A stretch of 64,000 bases of DNA from the human T2T-CHM13v2.0 reference genome, Homo sapiens, in assembly GCF_009914755.1 (NCBI RefSeq), contig NC_060939.1. One strand, given 5' to 3'. Made by a program: the position numbers and the translations under genes. The notes beneath the pieces were generated by a model. The model did not search any database. It had not been told where the DNA came from and saw only the letters and a list, made by a program, of their open reading frames with translations. Positions 32,431-49,359 of the stretch are shown here, piece after piece. How positions within the stretch are numbered: position 1 is the stretch's first letter; the number at the start of each line of letters is the position of its first letter.

Positions 32431-33544
32431 ATGAAGAGTAGTAAAAGTCACATACCTCTGCTTCTCAAGACACGTGAGTTGTTCTTTGCTCTTTCCAAAT
32501 ACAAGCTAGAGGGGAATGGGCTAAAATGCAGTCAGGAAGTGAGAGAATCAGGAAGGGAAAAGCAAAGCAAAAGCTTAGAACTCTCAGTTTCTCTGGTTAG
32601 ACAAGTGTTAGAAAGTATACCTCCAAACCCAAAGCCGCTTTCTATGGAGTAGTAATAGAGGGTGAATGCAGTCTTATTCATCTGATATATCCTGAAACAT
32701 TTGATGTGTCTAGAATCCTACTCGTTCAGGGCAGGCTTCCTGCCAACTCTGGCAGTCATCTAAGTGAGCTACAATTGTACTGCTATAAAGGATCCAAAAT
32801 CTTGTACAAGTTCAGACACCTCTTTACACAGTCACTTCCTGTACTATACAAAGGTACAGAAAGCTTCTTTGTTTGTAGGGATAAATCCATTTTCTACTGC
32901 TTAGTCAACACAGTCAACATGAGGGAGTCAAGCAAGAGTTTCAAGCTCCTAGATTATGACTTAGAGATACTGCTAGTTTCCCAGTGAAAATACAAAGAAA
33001 AGATCCAATGTCTTACTAAGTGAAGAGAAGAAAATTTAAGAAAAGAATATTTTAGTTTTATTGGCATTTTGGACCTTTGGGACATTGCTTTCTTTTTTTT
33101 TTTTTTTTTAACTATTAAAGCTTGCTTGAATAAGACAATAGGGGAAATCCAGAATTGAAAAGCAACTGCCTTTTAAAAGAAAGATATGGCAGGTTAAATT
33201 TTCTCAATTTCTACATTTAGAACTGGTTAAAAGCAAAATCTTTGTTCAATAAATACAAATATTGTAAAATTTATTTCAAATCTCTAATATGAACCATTAA
33301 GGCATCAGGAAAGAAATATTAATAAATTAAAGTGAAGACAAAAGAACCATTCCCATTTCATCAATCTCAACCAGTTATTCAATTTATTCATCTCATTTAT
33401 CATAATCCATAATTATCTTAGTTATTTATCTGATATTTTTATTTCTGGACTTTCCCACAAGACTATAAACAACAGTAAAGCAAAGACCCTCTCTGTTTTA
33501 TGTTCCATGTCATCCTCAGTGAGCAGTCCAGTTCCTGACCTGCT

Positions 33545-33700
33545 GCACTGAATCAGTGGCAACAGAATCACCACCAATGCTGGTTAAAAATGCAGTTTCC
33601 TGAGACCCACTCTATTTACTGGCTCTTTTAGATGGAGCTCTGGAGTCTGCAATTTTAACACTTCTAGATGGCACTACTGCATACCAAAATCTGAGGACTA
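33545..33700. mobile_element. MER5-like hAT MITE remnant
   Basis: cagaatcacc...ggttaaaaatgcag...tctgcaattttaaca...caaaatctgaggacta. Confidence 0.5.
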
Positions 33701-33970
33701 AGTAAAATCTTCCATCTGTGGAAGAGCCATACCCCTATACTAGTAACTAGAGTCACCAAACTATTATTACTGCAAGGAATGCCTGAAATGTTAAAAATAT
33801 AAATACTAGACTAAAAGTTTGAAAGTCTCCACCTTTGCTAAATAGGAATGAGCTACATCTGAAATGAAATGAAAATGGCTAACATCAAAATCTAAAGCTA
33901 TTACAGAGCATTTTTAAAACTCCAAATTATAGAAATATGTCTGAGTTCCTTGAAAGCAGGAACTTCAACT

Positions 33971-34419
33971 TGTGAAAGGAAAATACATCTTGGGGCCCCA
34001 AAATCACTAAGCTAAGGGGAAAAGTCAAGCTGGGAAATGTTTAGGGCAAACCTGTCTCCCATTCTATTCAAAGTCACCCCTCTGCTCACTGAGATAAATG
34101 CATATCTGATTGCTTCCTTTGGAGAGGCTCATCAGAAACTCAAAAGAATGCAACCATTTGTCTCTTATCTACCTATGACCTGCAAGATCCCTCCCAGCTT
34201 CGAGTTGTCCCGCCTTTCCGGAAGAACCAATATTCATCTTACATATATGTTGACTGATGTGTGTTTCCCTAAAACGTATAAAACCAGACTGTGCTCTGAA
34301 CACCTTGGGCACATATTATTGGTACCTCCTGAGGCTGTGTCACCGGCATGCGCCCTCAACCTTGGCAAAATAAACTTTCTAAATAAACCGAGACCTAGCT
34401 CAGATATTTGGGGTTCACA
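33971..34419 (+). mobile_element. ERV1 (MER4-group) solo LTR
   Basis: TGTGAA...TTCACA inverted termini, 4-bp TSD AACT (33967-33970, 34420-34423), internal TATAAAA and AATAAA. Confidence 0.85.
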
Positions 34420-35219
34420 AACTTACTGACATTTTTATACTTAACACCAAGATTGTACCTTGAATACAATACATACATTAACAGTTTAAATAAAATAATA
34501 AGTAAATATAATACTTAATCCACCTAACTGACAATATACAGAGAGATCAAAAAAGGTAAGTCCAAATGAAAAGTATAGACTTAAGAGGATTTTTGTTCAT
34601 CACTCACTGAACAAAATATTGGGTACCTACTATGTGCTAGTAGGCATTGTATTCCTTTTCTAAAAATAGAATGCTGAGATAACAATAGACTTAGTTTCTG
34701 CTTTCATGAAACACTGAAACTAATCTAATGATAAATAACAGGAAGGTGCTTTGGGAGCTTACATAGAAGACTTTTACCTAATCTGAAAAGTGTCAGAGAA
34801 GGCTTTTTCAAGTGATAATTTAGTTGAGATCTGCAGATTGAATGAGCATTAGCTAGGAGAGGGAAGGAAAATTGCAGGTAGGGAAAATAGTATCTTGGAA
34901 GACCCTGAGACAAGGAAACCTGGCACTTTTCAAAGACATGAAAAATGGCCCATGGGATGGAGCATAAAAGAGTGAAAAGGACGCTACAGTGAAAATGAAT
35001 TAGAGAAGTAAGTAGTGAGCAAACCATGCCTCTACATGGTTTTGGTAAGGATTCTGGTTTGTGTTAAACACAATGGGAAAGTTTAAGAGTATTTTAAGCA
35101 GAAAAGTGATAGGATTTGGTTTGCATTTGGGCAGGCTGAAGTATTGAAAACAGATCAAACTGCAAAAACTAGAGTAGATTCACATATGATACTTAGAAAG
35201 TGACTGCATTCCTCTAGGC

Positions 35220-35446
35220 CAAGCTTGTCCAACCTGCGGCATATGGGCTGCGTGTGGCCCAGGATGGCTTTGAATGAGGTCCAATACAAATTCGTAAACT
35301 TTCTTAAAACATTATGAGATTTTTTGTGTGTGATTTTTTTTTTTTTTTGCTCATCAGCTATGGTTGGTGTTATTGTATTTTACGTGTAGCCCAAGACAAG
35401 TCTTCTTCCAGTGTGGCCCAGGGAAGCCAAAAGATTGGACACCCTG
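35220..35446. mobile_element. MER30 hAT-Charlie MITE
   Basis: Terminal inverted repeats caagcttgtccaa / ttggacaccctg. 8-bp TSD ctctagg(c/t). Confidence 0.85.
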
Positions 35447-35725
35447 CTCTAGGTGGTGGTGACAAACAGTGGAAAATAGATAAATATGAGATATTTTAGG
35501 AAGTTAAAAAAAATAGAACTTTTTATATCCCTTTTTTCTTCTCACACTTTGTCAACCTAATTCTCATTTTTCTGTTTTTTTCAAGTTGTGACTTAACTAG
35601 TCTCTTACTTATTAGATTGGTTCAACTTAAATCAATGAAACAGTAATTAAATAGCTAGAAAATTTTATTGACACCAGAATAGTTGCGAGAAAAATAAGTA
35701 AAGCAAATAGTTACTAAATGTTTAC

Positions 35726-35905
35726 TTAAATGTAGTTATTCCTTCCATTTTACCACGGCATGCTCGAATTTCTTGCTTGGGTTTAAGACTCTGAGGTGGA
35801 AGAACATTGTTATACATAGGATATTTTTCCAAATATTCAGTTGTAGGGCAAAACACCCCAGAATTTTCATAAATCCTTGTGGTTCCACGTGGACAAGGAT
35901 GTCGC
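35726..35905 (-). pseudogene. SAXO2-like exon 2 (180 bp)
   Basis: ttttttgcacag acceptor. RHPCPRGTTRIYENSGVFCPTTEYLEKYPMYNNVLPPQSLKPKQEIRACRGKMEGITTFK. Donor AA|gtaaa at 35725. Confidence 0.9.
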
Positions 35906-36760
35906 CTGTGCAAAAAACAAACTGAAAGATGATTAACCTTAAAAAACATTTTGTGTTGTAATTGCATTTTAATCAGAGACCTCCAATAAACTCACAATTT
36001 CTAAATTCTAGAGCTTTACTGAAAAAAAAAACTGTTTCCTCTGTAATGGTGTTTATAAAAACAATCAATAAATAATGGTCTATCCCTATGTGGTAGAAAC
36101 ACAACTATTAAGTGTCTCAAACAATTTAGTGTCTTGTTACACTATAGAAGCTGAAAAGCTAATAGGGAATTTCCCATGCTCTTGCAGAAAGGTTCCACAT
36201 ACAATTTAGGTTTCACCTACTATATGTATTCACATGATACTTTGATTCAGAAGAGAGCTACATAAGGAGAGAGTCAAAGCACAACATTTATTTTGCTTGC
36301 ATGGAATGTAATAGAGGCAACAAGAGATTGGAGCTAGAAGTTGTTAGGTGGCATCTTGATTTGCAAGCTGGTTTCCTAACTTGGCAGCTTCTTGACCTTG
36401 GAAGAGACGAGTGATTCTGGACTCTACAGCTCTGTTGCAAGTTTCTGATTATGGCAGAGGCAGTGGCTCCCTTGTCAGTCCTGGTCTGTGGTAAAATTTT
36501 TGTGGAAGCTTATTTTGAAAATGATTTCTTAAGTTCTTCCAGGTGAACTATATATATACTCCTTAATAAATTCCCTTTTGCCTAAACTAACAAGAGGAGA
36601 TTATGTTATCCATAACTAAGAACCTTGACCAATATATCACATAAGCTAATAGTATACAGTAGAGTTATTTAAGAGAATGAGGGTGGCCTTTATGCATGGT
36701 CACTGGAAGATGGTGAGATTGTAAATAGTAAAAAACTGGATTGTAGAATAGTATGCTCAG

Positions 36761-42516
<5,756 letters not shown>

Positions 42517-42569
42517 AGAATAGTATGCTCAGAATATTCTCCTTTTTTGTTAAAAAAAAAATCTATGCA

Positions 42570-42908
<339 letters not shown>

Positions 42909-43789
42909 TTATCTGTGGAAGATAGAATTATGAAGGCGTTTTACAATATTATAGATATTTTTGCTCAAATTTTTATGACACCTCATGTGTATTTATTTAT
43001 TGCATTATCAGAAAATAAAGACAAAACCCTTAAAAAACAAAAAAAAACACAACCAAAAACAAACAAACAAAAAGTAAAATCACACCATTCTAAGGGTAGC
43101 CCTCAACATAATGAAGACTGAATTTCCTAACAGTTAAAGGAACTTACGTTGAATATGAATTAGAAAAAAAGTAAAAATTTTCTCCTGCACCCCAGTCTGC
43201 AGATTCATACACCCAAAGTTAATTTGTTGATATTTTAATCTACGTCTAATTACAAACTGTGTTTATTATGAGACTATCAAAAAAACTGCTTTCCATCAAC
43301 ATGAAGGTGTTTTCTTTGAAGAGGATTACAAATACAAAGGGATTGACACGTTCATATTTATTTAGCAAATAATGATCTAATCCCTGGGTCAGCTGAAGCT
43401 AAGTAAGGAGAAGACTGTGTTCATAGGTGATGGAAGGTTGTTAGGCAGGACTCACAGTTGGATTCTAGGTTTCAGGGTGGGGACTACTGTACTGCCTTTC
43501 AGTCAGGCGGATCCCAAAGAACTGCTGCCTGGACGGGAATGGGAATATGGTCTGGCTGGGAGGATAGAAAGGTGCAGATGAAAGAAAATGTGATATGGGT
43601 TGCAGACTCAGGGCCTTGAGCACTGTTCTTTCTCATCTTTGTGGTGGGGGATTATGGGGTGGAAATGCACTCTCCCAGTCGGATCACATCCCACTACTCA
43701 CCAGCGTTATATCCCGTCGCTGCTTCACATATATTATTTACCTGGCCCGGGTGGCATTTTACTTTGCATCCTTGATTGGGAGTCTCAGG

Positions 43790-44500
43790 GGCTACGAACA
43801 AACGTTTTATCCCCGGGTAGCCGGCGGGTGCGGAGCGAGTATTCGTGGGGCGGGATAAGTGCGGAAGTCGCTGCGCCCTCGTCCCTTCATCTCCGGGGGA
43901 CGGCCACTCTCAGGGTTCCCGAGGAGCCCGCTCCGTGCACCTAGGCCCTAGGTCGGCTCCCAAGCCCTGGCCCGCCGCTACACCAGCGGTTTCTTACCCG
44001 CAAGTACAAATGTGACACAGACACCAGCTCCTCGTGCTCTTGGCTCCCAGGGTTTCTTTCACCGCGCCTCAGCACCTGCAGCTTCTCCACTCTTACAGCG
44101 CCCGCCGTCGTCAAGGCAACAGAGGGATGCCCGGTGACAGACTCGGCGCCGGCTTCCGGCGCCGTAAGAGAAGCGTCCGCGCGGGCGTTCTGGACCCGCA
44201 GAGTTCTCGGCGTTTCCGAAGCTCTTGGTGTGGCCGGGACCCGGGAGAAGGAGCAGGGCTGGTGGGGCTGCTGCAGCCGGTGAGTGTGTGCTGGCGCTGG
44301 GGGCTGGAACCTCCTAGGCCAGTCTCTGGGCGGTGCCGCAGGACCCTGCTCGCTGCGGCTCTGAGGCGGAAACAGGGGCTGGGGCCGAGCGCGGGCTGGG
44401 AGCTTTGGTCCCTGGAGTGTCGCTTCCAGTCTGGGGCCGAGGCGGTCGCCTGTGTAGACCCGGGATCCTCAAATAGAACGAATCCGGGACCCTGCAGAAA
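43790..44500. promoter_or_regulatory. CpG island / bidirectional promoter shared by the SAXO2 copy (-) and EFL1P1 (+)
   Basis: CpG-dense, GC-rich region with divergent first-exon donors at 43997 (-) and 44280 (+). ETS motifs (cttccgg ~44153-44159, cggaagt ~43862) and an X-box-like GTCGTCAAGGCAAC at 44107-44120. Confidence 0.85.
43998..44050 (-). pseudogene. SAXO2-like exon 1 coding part (start codon mutated)
   Basis: CTG GGA GCC AAG AGC ACG AGG AGC TGG TGT CTG TGT CAC ATT TGT ACT TGC GG|gtaag = LGAKSTRSWCLCHICTCG, versus SAXO2 MGAKSMRSWCLCQICSCG as I recall it. Confidence 0.88.
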
Positions 44501-45074
44501 TGAAGGGCATGTAGTGTAGAGGTTTTTCCTTTTTATTTAGAAAGGAATGAAAGACCGACAGTGCACCTGCTTGGATAGTAAGCACGTGACCCAAAACTTT
44601 GTTGGGGCTCTATGGGCAGGAATAAAGCTGGGTATTTGACCTCGCGCGAGGACGAGCGAGAATGTCAGAATGAGGGACTTGAGGGAAGACTGAAGAGAGA
44701 AAGGGAGCATCTTCTTCAGCATTTTCTCTCCCTCCTGGATGCAACCCTTCCTGTACGTGGTCATTGGCCTGGAGATGTTTACTGGAGTACTCCTCCACCG
44801 GCAGGGTTACTGGTGTCACTGTGCACCCAGCCCCCACGAGCTGAGTGATTCATCGCAGCCTTCGGATCCGGAAGGATGAGCAAACTCCTTAAGTATAATC
44901 GTGGTAGGATACTGACTTTAGTGCTCGAACTGGACTTAGGCCTTGGTGGTCTATCTCATCAATAAACATTCACTGGGTTCTTGGTTTAAGGGGTTTGAGA
45001 AGCCTTGCCACCTCCCAGCGTTTATTATTATTTTTTTCTTTTGCCCCAACCTTTAGCCTCTGGGCCATTTGTAA

Positions 45075-45212
<138 letters not shown>

Positions 45213-45636
45213 TAAATGGCTTATTTTGATAAATAAGGGAGGTGTGTCTCTGTATGCCTCAGTGGAGTGAAGCTGTGGGCAGCTGAGAGTGGTGTTTGCT
45301 AAGAAGCAAGTCTTTCCTTTAAAAGTTTTCTGTGATGTTAGGGAAGCCTGCTTTGCTATAAGGCATTTGAAATGAACACGGTTACCTAGTGAGTAGCATT
45401 CTTCTATATATTATGTCATGTTGTTTTTTAAACCAGAACTTGAATTTTTTGTTTTCGAAATGGCTTTACGTATAAAATGTCTGTAGCCTTAACATAACGT
45501 CTTTAGAGTCTGTGGTATGCAATCCTGTTTAATTCATCAGATATTTATCAAACGTCTGTTAAGTTCAAGATATTTTGCCAAGTATGTCAGAACGTGGAGA
45601 TTTATGAGTAGGGCACCAGCCCAGCTGTAGAGGAGG

Positions 45637-45685
45637 TTTTTTTTGTTGGGGGAGGACGGAATTTCCCTCTTGTTGCCCAGGCTGG
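45637..45685 (-). mobile_element. Severely 5'-truncated Alu (~50 bp) with TSD
   Basis: T-tract plus ...ctcttgttgcccaggctgg, flanked by agctgtagaggagg at 45623-45636 and 45686-45699. Confidence 0.75.
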
Positions 45686-46335
45686 AGCTGTAGAGGAGGA
45701 TTTAAGGGGGAGCAGAGGAAAATGAGACAAACATGAGAAAAAAGTAGACTCTAATGTCGGGAGAACTAGAGGATTGAGAAATGAGGGATTAAGAAAAGGC
45801 CTCACAACATAATTAATATTAGAGATGACACTTGAAGGCGGCTCAAGATGACAAATGGAGATAAACATTACAAGTGGGAATGTGTCATCAAGGGGTGAAG
45901 GAAATGTAAGTGGTCAAAGCCCAGCATCTGGGAAAGGCAGAGATAGCCAACGCGTGGTGTGTGTGCTTCTGACCGATACTGCTGTAACCCCATAGCGCTC
46001 CCTCGTGCTAAGCCTCCTCTTCAAACCCCTTCGTAGTTTAGGTAGCCATAGCAAAGTGATTGGGATGGGCATGTGAAATAAAGTCTATTTACCATCCTAA
46101 AGGTGAAGGACTAGTCGGCGAGGTGAAGAAGCAGGCTGAGTCATATTTCATAGGAGCTAGGCTAAGAGTTAAGTGCTCCAGCTCTGAAGTTAGACAACCT
46201 GAGTTCAGATCTCCATTTTCAAGTTACGTACTTTGCCTTCCTGAGCTTCATTATACAGCATCTGTAAAACAGGATGAAAACTATACCCACTTTATAGGCT
46301 ATAGGATTAAATGTGATAATAATGAGAGGGAACAT

Positions 46336-46471
46336 AAATGCTTCACCATGAAAACGATTATTAACGTCTACTATTAGGCAGTAGGGAACCTTTGAGGGGG
46401 AACAAATGCTTCACCATGAAAACGATTATTAACGTCTACTATTAGGCAGTAGGGAACCTTTGAGGGGAAAC
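46336..46471. repeat. 68-bp direct tandem duplication
   Basis: aaatgcttcaccatgaaaacgattattaacgtctactattaggcagtagggaacctttgagggg starts at both 46336 and 46404. Confidence 0.95.
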
Positions 46472-48153
46472 ATGGAGCAGGACTGATGTAATCAAATAAA
46501 ACATGAGAAAGATTAGACTGGTGGACATGCTTAGGATGGATCCAAAGTCAGAGGATAGGTGGCTGTTGTCATTGATAGAAGAGCTGAAGTGATGTGAGTA
46601 TGGAAACTGAAAGACAGACAGATAGTGGATCACTTTACAAGTGAAGCCAGCTGAGAATGAGTTTTAGTACAAATCCAGTGAGTAACCCCTGCCTCCATGA
46701 GTTTTTATAATTTTACTGCTCACATTTTGAGAATGTGAAGGCTGATAAAAGGGTTTTTTTTCTTTATGAATTTAATCAAGTGGAAAGTCAGTGGGGTGTA
46801 ACAAATTACTTTAAATGTATTGTTTAAAATTATGTTAAACTGGTACTATCCTAGAAAACCTGTGATTCATTCAACAAGTATTTTCTGAAGGTCTTCTATA
46901 TGACAAAGCATTGTTCTGGTCCTAGGGATACCGCTGTGAGTAAAGCAAAGTTCCTGCTTGCTTGATAATTATTTCCTAGGGAAGTATATACTTGATGTAC
47001 TTAGAATAAATTCGGCTTTATTGGGTTGCAGGAAAGTGATGCTCTAGGATTATATGCTAATACATATTTACATGGCAGACAGATAACACAGTGTTAAATA
47101 TCTTCAGTTCTCCTACTCATTGGTCTCTGGTTTGAACTATACAGAGATTGCATAGCTTTGCTGAAGTTCCTAAAGTGCAATAAAGACTTATCTTGAAGGA
47201 AAAAACCCTCATTTGCTTACTCCAACCCAGTTGTAGTAATTATGCATACCCATAACATTCTTTAAACAGAATCACCTGTTTATACCACACAAAATTGCAT
47301 AGAGTTTAGTTGTATGTAGTCTGTTTAATAAAGGTAACTATAAATATATACAAAGATTCTTTTGCTATAAAGTAGATTCCTATGTTTAGATTTGGATACT
47401 AGGTTTCATTGGTTGTTATAGTTTATGGCCTCCACGGGCTATATTACAAACAGTAAGAGATATGGGTAAAGTTCCTGAATTTCTTTGATAAATAAGTGTT
47501 TTCTTGAGACAGTTTAACTAGCAAATTCCAGCTGAGGCCATGCATGGGGAAGTATGGCAGAAGAGTATGTTCAATTGTTTATTGATGATGTTTTACCCAG
47601 TATGCGTTTCAGAGAAAAAAAAAATTACTGCATTTTGTCATTCTGTGCTGTCAGGGGCTTAATTTGATAAACATGGTCATGGTTCTGGATATGGGATAAT
47701 TGATGTAGTAATTGTGATAAACTTGATCAAATTCTTAGAGGACAAATTATAGTAACTGTGTAAAACTCATCAGGTATTCTATATTTTGATTGGTTTGGTG
47801 GTTTGCCCTATCACGGAAAAGTGTGTTTTTCTCTGTATAAAGTCTGCCTCAATTTAAGAAAAATTCTCTACTTTAAGAAAAGTTGCTTGACAACTTTCAG
47901 ATGAGGTTGATTAGATCCACAGGGTTGGAGATAAGATTCCAGCATTAGAGAGTGCTAGCATCTGTGTCCTTCCAGATGATAGTCTGTTCAAGAGTCTAAT
48001 CAAACTCTTTTGTCTTTTTCACCTAGCATAGGTAAATAGAAAATCTTTACTAAACCAATTGTTATGACCAGATTTTAAATCTATAGGTATGATCCATCCC
48101 ATGACCCCTTTTTAAAAAGACATAGATTTGAATCGATGTTGCTGTTTTAACAG

Positions 48154-48221
48154 GAAAAACTACTCTGGCTGACTGTCTTATATCTAGCAATGGAATCATC
48201 TCCAGCCACCTAGCAGGCAAG
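48154..48221 (+). pseudogene. EFL1P1: EFL1P1 exon 3 (68 bp)
   Basis: aacag|GA AAA ACT ACT CTG... = [23 protein letters not shown]|gtatg. Confidence 0.9.
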
Positions 48222-48751
48222 GTATGTTATTATTTTATAAATACTCGTTGCATTTCAGTATTAGCTGTCAACAATGTGATGAACTATTTTCTGTGTTCTT
48301 TAGCGATCCAAAAGGGTATAAAATATAGTTCTTGCATATAAAAGCTGCCAATCCATTTTGCAAGATAAAATTGCTGGCGAGAAAAACAGTTACTTCTATA
48401 TTGTTTGTATTGCTTTATATTAATATTTTGTAAGTGCAAAAGTGAGTTTTTGCAACAAGCAAATGATACCCAATTGTGGAAGATTTCACAGCAAAAGATT
48501 CTTTGTAGGTGAACGAATTGGGTGGTTTGAGGAGAAGACAGAAAAGCTATCAGGTGGTGGGAAATAACATGGATAAAGGCTAATTTGTGTGTTGTGCTTT
48601 GAGTGGAGCATTTGCCTAGAGACTAATGAGAGAGAAAACACACTGGCAGGGAGAATGTATAAGATGATAGAAGACCTTAAAAGTTAACCTAAGTATCAAA
48701 GGAAAGCTGCTTATGCCTGAAGATTGTGATGAAAATAATGAAAAGAATGGG

Positions 48752-49053
48752 TTTTTTGGTTTTTGTTTTTGAGACAGGATCTCACTCTGTTGCCCAGGCT
48801 AGAGTGCAGTGGTGTGATCATGCACGGCTCACTGCAACCTCGCCCTCTTGAGCTCAGGTGATCCTCCCACCTCAGCCTCTCGGGTACTAGGGACTACAGG
48901 TGCACGCCACCACACCTGGCTAATTTTTTTTGTAGAGACAGGGTTCTGCCATGTTCCCCCAGGCTTATCTTGAACTCCTGGGCTCAAGCAATCCTCCTGC
49001 CTTGACTTCCTAAAGCGCTGGAATTACAGGTGTCAGCCACCATACATAGCCTG
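48752..49053 (-). mobile_element. AluJ
   Basis: ctcctgggctcaagcaatcctcc and other AluJ diagnostics. Confidence 0.85.
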
Positions 49054-49359
49054 AAAATAGTGTTTGAGGAGATAAAGAGATCTTTATTTGTAGCTATGAG
49101 TTGAAAGGGCTTGGAATAATTTACTTGGCAGTAGAAAAATAAAAATATATTCATTTCTATAATGAATTTAGGATATGAACAACAGGGTTTATCAGGTGAC
49201 AGAGAATAGAGAGAAGAGGAGATGGAGAAGCAAAATTGAATCCACAGAGTAGATCCAGTAGACTTGAAGGTCGATTTGGGAATTGATGTGTGGGTTGGGA
49301 GGGAAGCTGGCCCAAGATACTATCTAGAGGAGGCTGAAAAAAACTAGGTTGAGTGAAAT

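Noticed and set aside
43595-44848. Several 75-161 aa ORFs over the CpG island
   Set aside because: These are expected by-products of stop-poor GC-rich DNA, with no recognisable domain.
46336-46471. CRISPR-like or RNA-gene interpretation of direct repeats
   Set aside because: Two adjacent copies with no spacers, in mammalian intronic DNA. I saw no tRNA, rRNA or snRNA signature in the window.
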